64,000 nucleotides of DNA, from assembly GCA_964627095.1 (NCBI GenBank), contig CAZVKH010000001.1, positions 8,451 to 72,450 of the forward strand, read 5' to 3'. This DNA is from an uncultured Candidatus Saccharibacteria bacterium (lineage in GTDB: Bacteria; Patescibacteriota; Saccharimonadia; Saccharimonadales; JAUPVS01). The notes under the pieces were generated by a model, which was not told the DNA's origin, searched no databases, and worked only from the letters and a program-made list of their open reading frames with translations. This document shows, one piece after another, positions 8,235 through 16,348 of this stretch. Every line of letters begins with the position of its first letter. Within the stretch, counting starts at the first letter, position 1. Made by a program: the position numbers and the translations under genes.

Positions 8235-8723
8235 ATGATTTATATACAACACACATTCAAGATGTTTATGGGCAAAGTTTCGGCCTCTATTGTGGTGTTT
8301 TTGTTTGTTGCTGGGATGGTTCTTACGCCGGCTTCTGCTTTGGCAGCCACTCCCGACTATAGTTGCGGGGCTTACGGTGGCAACGACTATAACAGTAACT
8401 GTCCAACCGACCCTAGTACCCCTAGCTCAAGTAGCAGTTCCTCTAGCAGCTCGACTGGCAGTAGTTCTAGCGACGGAGCGGCGGCCGACACGCCGACAAC
8501 TTCGGATACTACAACTACAACCGACGACAGCACCGCTATCGATACAAACGACAAAAGTTCTTCTACCACCAAGACAGCTGCCGAAGAAGAAGCTGGTACG
8601 TCTAATAGCAGCCGCTGGCTTTTGTTCGGCTTCTCGCTCTTTCTGCTCCTGCTAGCTCTATGGCTGATCTTCTTCTTGCTCAAGCGCCGCAAGCGCCAGC
8701 AAGAAGACAAACCAATGTTCTAG
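8235..8723 (+). CDS. secreted Ser/Thr-rich protein with C-terminal membrane anchor
   Basis: Signal-peptide-like N-terminus (...TPASALAA), a run of nine Ser, a Thr/Asp-rich middle, and a C-terminal helix followed by KRRKRQ. Confidence 0.6.
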   Translation: MIYIQHTFKMFMGKVSASIVVFLFVAGMVLTPASALAATPDYSCGAYGGNDYNSNCPTDPSTPSSSSSSSSSSTGSSSSDGAAADTPTTSDTTTTTDDSTAIDTNDKSSSTTKTAAEEEAGTSNSSRWLLFGFSLFLLLLALWLIFFLLKRRKRQQEDKPMF

Positions 8724-8992
8724 ACGGTCGGCTGGCCGGACGTGAGCTGAGGCTGTTCAACGATTCTATCTATGCCTAGGTCCGGCATCATGTACGATAG
8801 TTCGTCTCGTGCAGTCGGTGGTAGATCTGGGCTAACTTGGGCCACAACCGCTAGGCCATCGTCGCTACGGTCGACGACAACTCTTACAGCACTAGATATA
8901 GCAGGCATTAGATCCCAAAGATCACACTCAGCTGTAACACGGGCTTGCTGGAAGGCCTCATACTCTTGATTAGTGATTCTTCGTTTTGACAT
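8720..8992 (-). CDS. hypothetical protein (90 aa)
   Basis: The ORF has its own promoter with leaderless geometry. No recognisable motif. Confidence 0.5.
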   Translation of the reverse strand: MSKRRITNQEYEAFQQARVTAECDLWDLMPAISSAVRVVVDRSDDGLAVVAQVSPDLPPTARDELSYMMPDLGIDRIVEQPQLTSGQPTV

Positions 8993-8999
8993 ACCAAAA

Positions 9000-9035
9000 A
9001 TCTTACAGCTACTCTGTTAGATATGCAAGCATGAG
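9000..9035 (-). promoter_or_regulatory. promoter: CTCATGCTTGCAT (-35 TTGCAT) N17 TAAGAT, then 7 nt to the ATG at 8992
   Basis: Hexamers and spacing read directly on the minus strand. Shares the 12-mer CTCATGCTTGCA with sites at 9541 and 51888. Confidence 0.45.
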
Positions 9036-9061
9036 CGAAATATGTTTTAAGATGTCTGGGC

Positions 9062-9508
9062 TTAGTCGAGTGCTCGGGCTTGCTGGATCTGTTGCATGAG
9101 GTGACATTTGTCGCCTCCCTCCTCAAAAATTTCACACGCCACCGGGCGCTCTTCGTAAATTCCGCAGTGCTCCCAGCCGTCTTGATCGGTTTCAAGATAC
9201 TTGCAGTCATTCAGCAATACGTACCGACCAAGATTTGCCGCCAATGGTTCGGTTGGTCGCTCAGGGTCAACATAGTAAGTTTTCATACCTGTTTCGGGGT
9301 CCCATTCAAGACCACGCGGATAGGGTGCATCCGGGCGAGCCTTTGGCGATGGCAAGGGAACCGTCAGAAACTTGTTACCCGGTCGAGTCATAAGGGCGAC
9401 TTCTTGAAATGTCAGATCGAATATTTCGTTAGCCCGGCAGCAAGCCGCTTGACACTCATTGCAGTCGTCAACTGGTTCAGATGAAATTTGGATTGGAATT
9501 CTGGACAT
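9062..9508 (-). CDS. YkgJ-family (UPF0153) cysteine-cluster protein
   Basis: N-terminal CNECQAACC (CxxCxxxCC) plus a C-terminal C...C..Y..RP..C cluster typical of the family. Confidence 0.7.
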   Translation of the reverse strand: MSRIPIQISSEPVDDCNECQAACCRANEIFDLTFQEVALMTRPGNKFLTVPLPSPKARPDAPYPRGLEWDPETGMKTYYVDPERPTEPLAANLGRYVLLNDCKYLETDQDGWEHCGIYEERPVACEIFEEGGDKCHLMQQIQQARALD

Positions 9509-9516
9509 ATTCTACG

Positions 9517-9552
9517 ATTATTGAGCCATCTACGGTCGTTTGCAAGCATGAG
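9517..9552 (-). promoter_or_regulatory. promoter: CTCATGCTTGCAA (-35 TTGCAA) N17 AATAAT, then 8 nt to the ATG at 9508
   Basis: Read directly. Contains the same 12-mer as 9024..9035 and 51888..51899. Confidence 0.5.
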
Positions 9553-9576
9553 AGAATTGGAAGCGACTGCCTGGCG

Positions 9577-9667
9577 GCACATTTCGTCGCGGGCTCGGTG
9601 CCAGCACCTGCGCGCGCTCCTCATGAGCGCACCTTCGACTACTGTCTGCTGCGCAGCCAAGTCGAAG
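9577..9667. repeat. diverged copy C of the tRNA-adjacent structured intergenic element
   Basis: Shares the blocks GCACAT, GCTCGG-hairpin-CCTGCGC and T.ATGA.CG.ACC with copies A and B. Hairpins are GGTGC/GCACC (9597..9608) and CTTCGACT/AGTCGAAG (9633..9667). Confidence 0.4.
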
Positions 9668-9690
9668 AACCGGCGTCTTGCTCACTGGCA

Positions 9691-9720
9691 AAGAAAAAGA
9701 GCCATCCTTATGGATGACTC
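9691..9720 (-). terminator. rho-independent terminator of tRNA-Pro
   Basis: On the minus strand, GAGTCATCC-ATAA-GGATGGCTC followed by TTTTTCTTT. The single imperfect pair is G.U on minus but C-A on plus. Confidence 0.6.
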
Positions 9721-9728
9721 ATTTTCTT

Positions 9729-9805
9729 TGGTCGGGGTGAAAGGACTCGAACCTTCGACCTCACGGTCCCAAACCGCGCGCGCTAGCCAACTGCGCCACA
9801 CCCCG
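9729..9805 (-). tRNA. tRNA-Pro (TGG)
   Basis: Acceptor CGGGGTG/CACCCCG, anticodon arm CGCGG-TTTGGGA-CCGTG, T arm GAAGG-TTCGAGT-CCTTT, CCA encoded. Confidence 0.85.
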
Positions 9806-9900
9806 AGGTGTTTAACGGAGAAGATTATAACTGACTCCAGAGGAAATTGCTAGGGTTACTATAGCCTGGGACGAATAAATATGGCATAATTAACGGTAGT

Positions 9901-10059
9901 ATGAAGTATGTGTCGATTTTCTTTACAATCCTGTTGATCTGGGTGGCGGTCATCTTAATGGCAATTACCCGTAACAACTCCACGGAAATCTTCCAGCTTT
10001 TCTTGGCCGCCATTGGCTCAACGGTGGTGTTGTTCTTGATCGGTTTCTCCAGAAAGTAG
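9901..10059 (+). CDS. 52-aa two-helix membrane mini-protein (below the ORF-track cutoff)
   Basis: Hand translation gives MKYVSIFFTILLIWVAVILMAITRNNSTEIFQLFLAAIGSTVVLFLIGFSRK. The stop at 10057-10059 lies 4 nt before the ubiB-like ATG. Confidence 0.45.
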   Translation: MKYVSIFFTILLIWVAVILMAITRNNSTEIFQLFLAAIGSTVVLFLIGFSRK

Positions 10060-10063
10060 TTCA

Positions 10064-11614
10064 ATGAAGCAACAATCAATTGCAGCCATTAAACGGTATC
10101 GCACCAGACGACTGGCTAGCCTGGCAACCCGCTGTTACTATCTGCATAAACGTGGTAAAGACGAACAAATGGCCACCCTGCTCTGCGACGAACTGGTTGA
10201 TTTGGGCGGTGTTTATATTAAGTTCCTTCAGGGTGTATTGTTGCGTAGTAAGTTTTTACGCAAGTGGCAGAACCCGGACCGCTTAAAAATCTTCGAAAAT
10301 CTAGAAAGTGAGCCACTCGACATCGTCGCAGTACTGCGCCACGAGCTAAAGCCGGCTCAGTTAGAACAAATAACCATGGTTCAGCCGCAACCATTTGCGG
10401 CCGGTAGTTTTGGCCAGGTCTACTATGCCCAACTACACAATGGGCAACCGGTCATTATTAAGGTGTTACGCCCAATGGTCCGTGAACTCTTACGCTATGA
10501 CCTACGCCTACTATCGACCTTTAGCAAAAGCTTCTTTACCAAACTGTACAAGAACATGAATCTACAGGTTGATGAGGCTCTGAAAGAATTCCGTGAAGCC
10601 ACCCTGCGTGAAACCGACTACAAACACGAGGCCGGTTTTGCCGATGAGATGTACCGGGCCTACAAAGACAACCCCAAGATGGTGATTCCGCAAACCTATC
10701 TTGATCTGTGTACCGACAATATCATCGTCCAAGATTTTGTACCCGGGATATCGGTTGCTCAAGTCATTAAGCTCAAGGAACAGGGAGTGGACCCAGTCGA
10801 TTACGTTAAAGAGACGCTTGGCTCTGACTTAGACCTGCAATTGAGTACCTTGGGCTACGAATCAATTATGGGCATTTTCCACTTAGAACGCATCCAAGGA
10901 GACCCCCACCCTGGCAATATCCGTTTAATGGATGATGACCGTGTTGGCTTAATTGACTTCGGCATTAGTGCCAAGGCACCACCCGAAAAGGCCGCCTTCT
11001 TTGGTATGCTGCAGGCTTATGACCGCCTATTCAAAGGCTCACAGACGGCTGTTAATTTATTCGAGCAAGGTTTGCGCTTTTTTGTTAGTGACCTATACCG
11101 GGCCCTAAAGAAACTGGCTTCTATCTACGGCAAGGGTGATGACAAAGACTACTTAAGTGAAGTCAGCGGTATTGCCGCAAAGGCCTTTGCCGAGGTTACC
11201 GGGTCGGACATTATCGAGGCTAACTTTACCCAAGACAACTCGGCAATGGCAGTAATTAACCGGCTGGTAAATAAGGGAAATCGCTTTGGGCTGGTGATGC
11301 GCTTAGATGCCAGCGATATCTTACGGGCCGTTCAGACCTATACATCATTAGTTGGTAGCTTGGGACGCTATCAGCAAGTTGTGCCGCCCATTATGGACCG
11401 CGTGGTAACTGATGTACAAAAGCTCTACCCAGAAACAATTTCTGACAGCGATGACCAAATTTCGGTTGATGACGCGATTGATATAATTATGAAGTGGCTA
11501 GAGCGCGTCGCCGAACGCGACCCAGCCCTATTCCGTCAGTTAATGAGCAAAATTAAGACGGGCGGCCAAAAGGTTGTGCCCAAAGTAAAGAAAGAAGGAC
11601 CAGCCCATGCTTAA
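10064..11614 (+). CDS. ABC1/UbiB-family atypical protein kinase
   Basis: Motifs YIKFLQ, AAGSFGQVY, VIIKVLRP, GDPHPGNI and IDFGI follow the ABC1/ADCK pattern. Confidence 0.8.
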   Translation: MKQQSIAAIKRYRTRRLASLATRCYYLHKRGKDEQMATLLCDELVDLGGVYIKFLQGVLLRSKFLRKWQNPDRLKIFENLESEPLDIVAVLRHELKPAQLEQITMVQPQPFAAGSFGQVYYAQLHNGQPVIIKVLRPMVRELLRYDLRLLSTFSKSFFTKLYKNMNLQVDEALKEFREATLRETDYKHEAGFADEMYRAYKDNPKMVIPQTYLDLCTDNIIVQDFVPGISVAQVIKLKEQGVDPVDYVKETLGSDLDLQLSTLGYESIMGIFHLERIQGDPHPGNIRLMDDDRVGLIDFGISAKAPPEKAAFFGMLQAYDRLFKGSQTAVNLFEQGLRFFVSDLYRALKKLASIYGKGDDKDYLSEVSGIAAKAFAEVTGSDIIEANFTQDNSAMAVINRLVNKGNRFGLVMRLDASDILRAVQTYTSLVGSLGRYQQVVPPIMDRVVTDVQKLYPETISDSDDQISVDDAIDIIMKWLERVAERDPALFRQLMSKIKTGGQKVVPKVKKEGPAHA

Positions 11615-11795
11615 GGAATTCATCCTATTCATCAAATATCCCTACACAGCCGGCGTTATTGCCACCGTCTGGCTTGGTAGCGCCGTTTTAATGGCAATTA
11701 ACCATGACTTGCCAATTGTAGCCATGGTTATCATTAATATGGCTGTCAGCGTCGTTATCGCAGCCGTTGGCTTTACCGGCAGTAAAGAAGTTTAG
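11607..11795 (+). CDS. 62-aa two-helix membrane protein
   Basis: Hydrophobic ORF overlapping the ubiB-like stop by 8 nt. Confidence 0.5.
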   Translation: MLKEFILFIKYPYTAGVIATVWLGSAVLMAINHDLPIVAMVIINMAVSVVIAAVGFTGSKEV

Positions 11796-12595
11796 TCCTC
11801 TATAATCTTTTGAACCGGTGCAACGCTCAATGCTAAGCCGGTACTGGCATCAACCTCGACCACTAAGCCGTTCAACTGGAACGGCCCTTTGGTTTCGAGC
11901 TCATTGCGAGTCCGCAAACCATCACGCCAGCGCGGTATGACTGATTCTAGTGCTATGCCCAGGCTGCCGTGTAAAACTCCACACATACCAACATCACTCT
12001 GGTGGGCCGTTCCCTTGGGCAGAATCATGGCATCGGCCGTTGGAACATGCCAGTGGTCACCAACTACCAAGCTGACTCGGCCGTCTAAGTAATAGCCAAT
12101 TATGACTTTTTCACTACTAAAGTCACCGTGAAAATTAATAATCGTGGCTACTTTTTTATGGTCGGCTGTTTCTTCTAATATTTGGTCGATAACTTTTAAT
12201 GGGTTGTCGCTGGGCTTGTCGGCATCTTTGCCAACAATTGTACCCAGCAAACTAACCAGTAATATGTCACCGTGAGCTGTTTTTAAAAACTTGTAGCGTT
12301 GCCCCGGTGTGCCTTCGGGGTAGTTGGCCGGACGCACGACTGGTTGCTGTGGATCACTAAGATGATCAAATATGTCGTCGTTGTATAGCGTCCAGTTGCC
12401 CCCGGTAAAGCCATCGACACCAGCATGGCGCAAGCGCTCGTAATCGGTTTTATTCAAGCCCTTACCTTCAGTAACATTTTCGGCCTGCGCTATAACTACA
12501 TCAATTGAGTGTTCATGTTTAAGGTCGGTTAGTAGTTTTTCAACGGTCTTTATACCTGGCTCACCCATAATATCGCCGAGATAGAGTATCTTCAT
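11792..12595 (-). CDS. ymdB: YmdB-family metallophosphoesterase (2',3'-cyclic-nucleotide phosphodiesterase-like)
   Basis: MKILYLGDIMGEPG..., GNW and NFHG motifs. Located downstream of rny, as in Firmicutes. Confidence 0.8.
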   Translation of the reverse strand: MKILYLGDIMGEPGIKTVEKLLTDLKHEHSIDVVIAQAENVTEGKGLNKTDYERLRHAGVDGFTGGNWTLYNDDIFDHLSDPQQPVVRPANYPEGTPGQRYKFLKTAHGDILLVSLLGTIVGKDADKPSDNPLKVIDQILEETADHKKVATIINFHGDFSSEKVIIGYYLDGRVSLVVGDHWHVPTADAMILPKGTAHQSDVGMCGVLHGSLGIALESVIPRWRDGLRTRNELETKGPFQLNGLVVEVDASTGLALSVAPVQKIIED

Positions 12596-12603
12596 AACTT
12601 GTA

Positions 12604-13203
12604 TTATAGCTCTAAGCCGTTTTGCTGCTTAAGAATTTTCTTAACGTCAGAAATAACTTGCTCGGGCGAAACCGCCTGAATAACATGAATTCCCCTACGG
12701 CGGGCGGGCTTAAGAAAGCGTTCTTGGTCGTCGATAAACACCACTTCGTCGGCCTGGCAGCCAAGCCGTTTTAAAGCTAGTTCGTAGATAGCGTCATCGG
12801 GCTTGGATAGGCCTTCTTCAAAAGAAAGTATTACCGGGTCAAAGTTATCATAGTGACCACCCGCCCGTAATAAGTCGGCACTGGTTTTGTACATATTAGA
12901 CAGGATGGCAGTTTTAAGTCCGGCTTTACGGATTTTGTCGGCCAAGCTATAGACCTCGGGGTGAGCTTCTAAGATACCGGAAGCTTTTAAAAAGTCAGTC
13001 GACAATATTGTGCGGCCCTGGCGGCGACTCAACTCAGCAAAGAATTCGTCGGTACTTAATTCGCCACTCCACAAGCCTTCGCGTAAATCTTCGATACCCA
13101 AGTTATCAGGGCTAACACCCAGCATTCGGGCTAGGCTCCCCTTAAAGTTTTTACCACCCGGCGAAAGGACGCCCCCGTAGTCAAACAATACCGCCTTTAT
13201 CAT
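12604..13203 (-). CDS. HAD-superfamily hydrolase
   Basis: Motif I (LFDYGGVL), motif II (ILSN) and motif IV (FIDD). Confidence 0.7.
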   Translation of the reverse strand: MIKAVLFDYGGVLSPGGKNFKGSLARMLGVSPDNLGIEDLREGLWSGELSTDEFFAELSRRQGRTILSTDFLKASGILEAHPEVYSLADKIRKAGLKTAILSNMYKTSADLLRAGGHYDNFDPVILSFEEGLSKPDDAIYELALKRLGCQADEVVFIDDQERFLKPARRRGIHVIQAVSPEQVISDVKKILKQQNGLEL

Positions 13204-13205
13204 GG

Positions 13206-14720
13206 CTACTTAGCGAACTCGACGGCGCGGGTCTCGCGGATTACGTTAACTTTAATGGTACCAGGGTACTGCATACTAGCTTCGATCTTGGTTGCAATGT
13301 CACGGGCTAACTTAATGGCGCTTAGGTCATCGATGTCTTTAGGTCGCACAAACACACGGACTTCACGGCCGGCGCTAATGGCGTAAGATTTCTCGATACC
13401 CTTAAAGCTGTTGGCAACATTCTCGAGATCTTTCATGCGCTCCACAAAGTTCTCGGCGCTAATATTGCGGGCACCGGGTCGTGAGGCGCTGACAGCGTCA
13501 ACCACGCGCACAATCAAAGCTTCGGTAGTGGTGGCTTCAACGTCATCGTGATGCTGTTCGGCAGCCAAGGCGACTGCTTCGGGCGCACCATATTTGCGTA
13601 GCATCTCACCGCTAATGTGATGGTGCTTGCCTTCCATCTTGTGCGTCATGGCCTTGCCTAGGTCATGCACCAATGCAGCGTACTTAGTGGTCTTAACGTC
13701 AGCGTTAAGTTCTTCGGCAATAATACCGGCCATATGCGCCATCTCGGTGCTGTGCTTAAGAACATTCTGGCCGTAACTGGTACGGAATTTAAGTTCACCA
13801 AGGAGCTCCAGAATCTCGCGCGGGATACCTATTACACCAACTTCGCGAGCGGCATCTTCGCCAGCGCGCACCACGTCTTTATGAACATTCTTCTGAGCCT
13901 TCTCGACAACTTCTTCGATACGGCCAGGGTGCACCCGACCATCTTTTAGGAGCATTTCTAAGGCTTGGCGGGCAACTTCGCGACGAACCGGGTCAAAGCT
14001 ACTAAGCACAACGTAACCAGGTGTATCATCAACCATAATGTCGACGCCAGTGGCGCGCTGCAAGGCTTGGATGTTGCGACCTTCCTTACCTATAATGCGG
14101 CCTTTCATTTCTTCATCTTCTAGTTTTAAGCTAGTAATGGTTCGCTCGGCAGTTACTTCGCTGGCCATGCGTTCCATGGCTTGAGCGATAATGCTACCGG
14201 CCTGCTCTTCGGCATCAACCTGGGCTTCCTTCTGCATTTTAGAAATCAAACCGATCAGGTCACCCTTAATATCACGCTCGGTCATTTGCATCAGCTTCTC
14301 GGCCGCTTCGGTCTTGGTCAGCTTGGCAATCTTTTCGAGTTTTTCTTGTTGCTTAACGCGCACCGCTCGAATTTCGTTTTTCAGCTCTTCGGCTTCGTCC
14401 TCGGCCTTACGCAAGTTTTCGTTGCGCTTGTCGAGGGCGTCGAGTTTTTTGTCTAAGGCTTCTTCGCGGTCGAGTAGGCGTTGTTCAATTTGCTTGATTT
14501 CGCGACGGCGTGTCTGTTCATCTTTGCGCGCCTCTTCGGCCACAGCGGCAGCTTCTTCGCGTGCCTTAGCCAGTTCTTTGTTGGCCTCTTTTTTAGCTTG
14601 CGCCAGCTCTTTAGAAGCGGCTTCTTTACTTGCACCAACTCTTTTTTGCGTCACAGCAGTGCTGGCACCAAAGCCTGCGGCTAATCCAGCCACAGCCAAT
14701 ACGATGGTAATTGGATCCAT
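13206..14720 (-). CDS. rny: ribonuclease Y
   Basis: N-terminal anchor, a Lys/Glu-rich coiled coil, a KH region (GRIIGKEGRNI) and an HD domain (HDLGK). Confidence 0.9.
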   Translation of the reverse strand: MDPITIVLAVAGLAAGFGASTAVTQKRVGASKEAASKELAQAKKEANKELAKAREEAAAVAEEARKDEQTRRREIKQIEQRLLDREEALDKKLDALDKRNENLRKAEDEAEELKNEIRAVRVKQQEKLEKIAKLTKTEAAEKLMQMTERDIKGDLIGLISKMQKEAQVDAEEQAGSIIAQAMERMASEVTAERTITSLKLEDEEMKGRIIGKEGRNIQALQRATGVDIMVDDTPGYVVLSSFDPVRREVARQALEMLLKDGRVHPGRIEEVVEKAQKNVHKDVVRAGEDAAREVGVIGIPREILELLGELKFRTSYGQNVLKHSTEMAHMAGIIAEELNADVKTTKYAALVHDLGKAMTHKMEGKHHHISGEMLRKYGAPEAVALAAEQHHDDVEATTTEALIVRVVDAVSASRPGARNISAENFVERMKDLENVANSFKGIEKSYAISAGREVRVFVRPKDIDDLSAIKLARDIATKIEASMQYPGTIKVNVIRETRAVEFAK

Positions 14721-14912
14721 GGTTATTCCTTTCTGATATGTGTTTGCAGATCAACGCTGATAATCGTTGGCCGGCAATCACTATCACTTCTTTAGCACGG
14801 CTTCTCGAACGCGGAAATCTGAAAATTCAATTAAAAATTACTTGAGGTGCGGATTTTGTTCCCAAAACTCTTAAAATCCTAAGCCTACTATACCCCCCAG
14901 TGACGGCTTTGT

Positions 14913-15305
14913 CTATTTGCGCGGCTTGGTTATATGGATTTCGCCACCATACTCTGGTAGCGCACTTTTTTCATTCTCACCAGCGACGAGTCTAGCGACG
15001 CCGTCTTCTTGCCAGCCAGTACCACCGGCTCCCACTACGGGGATTTCTAAGCCATAGGCCAGGGCATTGCCGACACTCATGCCAATTCGTAAGCCAGTAA
15101 AGCTACCCGGTCCCTTGTAGCAAACAATGCCACCGAGGTCTTTTTGGCTCTTATTATTGGACTTAAGCAGTTCGTCGATTTTACTATGCAGCGTCTCGGC
15201 TAGTTGACGATGAGCTTCCCAGGTCAGTTCGACTTTTGTCTCACCCTCAATTAGCAGAGCAACTTCGGCCTTAGGCTGGTCGGTCTTAATGGCTAGAACA
15301 ATCAT
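14913..15305 (-). CDS. tsaB: tRNA t6A37 protein TsaB, short form (130 aa, N-terminal domain only)
   Basis: GPGSFTGLRIGMSVGNALAY motif. About 100 aa shorter than typical TsaB. Confidence 0.7.
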   Translation of the reverse strand: MIVLAIKTDQPKAEVALLIEGETKVELTWEAHRQLAETLHSKIDELLKSNNKSQKDLGGIVCYKGPGSFTGLRIGMSVGNALAYGLEIPVVGAGGTGWQEDGVARLVAGENEKSALPEYGGEIHITKPRK

Positions 15306-15307
15306 AG

Positions 15308-15766
15308 CTAGCTTAACCCTTCTGTCAAATAAGATAATTCATCAGCACATTTAATCTTTAGCTCACGACCATCGTCGTCGGTTTGGGTAATAGCAACTGT
15401 CAGACGTTTTTCTGGCAGTACATGCTGAACAACATCACCCCATTCAATCACAACTACACAATTCTTGTCAGTCAACACATCGGCTAGCTCATGCTCGATC
15501 AGGCCGGCTTGGGGCAGGCGGTAAAAGTCAAAGTGGTGCATCTCCTTGGAACCACTCTTGTAAACCTTGCTAATCGTAAAGGTTGGACTAGCCACCCGGT
15601 CGGGACTACCAAATCCTCTTGCTAAACCGCGCGTAAAGGTTGTCTTGCCTCCACCCAAGTCGCTAACTAGCTCAATTACCTCACCACCACGTAGATTGCC
15701 GCCGATTATCTCGGCAATATTTTCGGTTTGGTTAGCGTCAGCCGTCTTAATAACTTTCATGCTCAT
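15308..15766 (-). CDS. tsaE: tRNA t6A37 ATPase TsaE
   Basis: P-loop GDLGGGKTTFTRG-like sequence (SDLGGGKTTFTRGLARG), SPTF and HFDFYRL motifs. Confidence 0.8.
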   Translation of the reverse strand: MSMKVIKTADANQTENIAEIIGGNLRGGEVIELVSDLGGGKTTFTRGLARGFGSPDRVASPTFTISKVYKSGSKEMHHFDFYRLPQAGLIEHELADVLTDKNCVVVIEWGDVVQHVLPEKRLTVAITQTDDDGRELKIKCADELSYLTEGLS

Positions 15767-15823
15767 TCATGGTAGCGTGATTTACCAACCGTCGGCAAGC
15801 TTATGCGCTATAATAGGGTAACT

Positions 15824-16348
15824 ATGTTGCAGTTGAGTAAAACATTGATGGATCGTCCTGTTATGAGTCTTCGTACCGGCGGCAGGGTAGCAACGGCAAC
15901 GGCGCCTATTATTAACCCTAATAACTTGAAAATAGAAGGTTGGTACTGCCAGGATCACTTTAGCAAGAATACCCTGGTGCTTTTAAGCCAGGATGTCCGT
16001 GACATAATTGGCCAAGGTTTGGTCATTAATGACCACGAAAACTTAAGCGAAGTAGAGGATTTGGTCAGGCTAAAAGACGTGCTGGACCTAAACTTTGAAC
16101 TCCTAGGCAAGCCAGTAGTAACTGTTAATAAGAAGCGCTACGGTAAGGTCAGTGACTTTGCGGTTGAAACAGAAACCTTTTACATCCAAAAAATTTACGT
16201 TAGCCAGTCGATTATGCGTAGCCTTAACGGCGGCAACTTAGGTGTAGATAGAAGTCAGATCGTTGAAATAACGCACCACAAAATTGTTATTCAAGATCCT
16301 CTTAAGCCCGTCAAAGCTTCGACTTCAACTGCTCCGGCCGTTGGCTAA
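15824..16348 (+). CDS. PRC-barrel-like domain protein
   Basis: MLQLSKTLMDRPVMSLRTGGRVA... and a second similar half. Start taken at the Met at 15824. Confidence 0.45.
   Translation: MLQLSKTLMDRPVMSLRTGGRVATATAPIINPNNLKIEGWYCQDHFSKNTLVLLSQDVRDIIGQGLVINDHENLSEVEDLVRLKDVLDLNFELLGKPVVTVNKKRYGKVSDFAVETETFYIQKIYVSQSIMRSLNGGNLGVDRSQIVEITHHKIVIQDPLKPVKASTSTAPAVG

Noticed and set aside
8290-8710. Alternative-frame and antisense ORFs inside the Ser/Thr-rich gene
   Set aside because: They are by-products of the repetitive AGC/ACN codon tract. Only the 8235 frame has a signal peptide and membrane anchor.
9412-9853. Three track ORFs (82, 78 and 121 aa) across the 9.5-9.85 kb region
   Set aside because: They run through a promoter, the repeated intergenic element, a terminator hairpin and tRNA-Pro itself. 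None has a plausible start context.
9825-10079. 84-aa minus-strand ORF
   Set aside because: The opposite strand encodes a cleaner 52-aa two-helix membrane ORF placed 4 nt before the ubiB-like start. The minus ORF would also overlap that start.
14191-14736. 181-aa Ser/Ala/Leu-rich ORF (and two shorter ones) antisense to the 5' part of rny
   Set aside because: It mirrors the Lys/Glu/Ala-rich coiled-coil codons of RNase Y on the other strand. It is low complexity with no start context, and rny is unambiguous.
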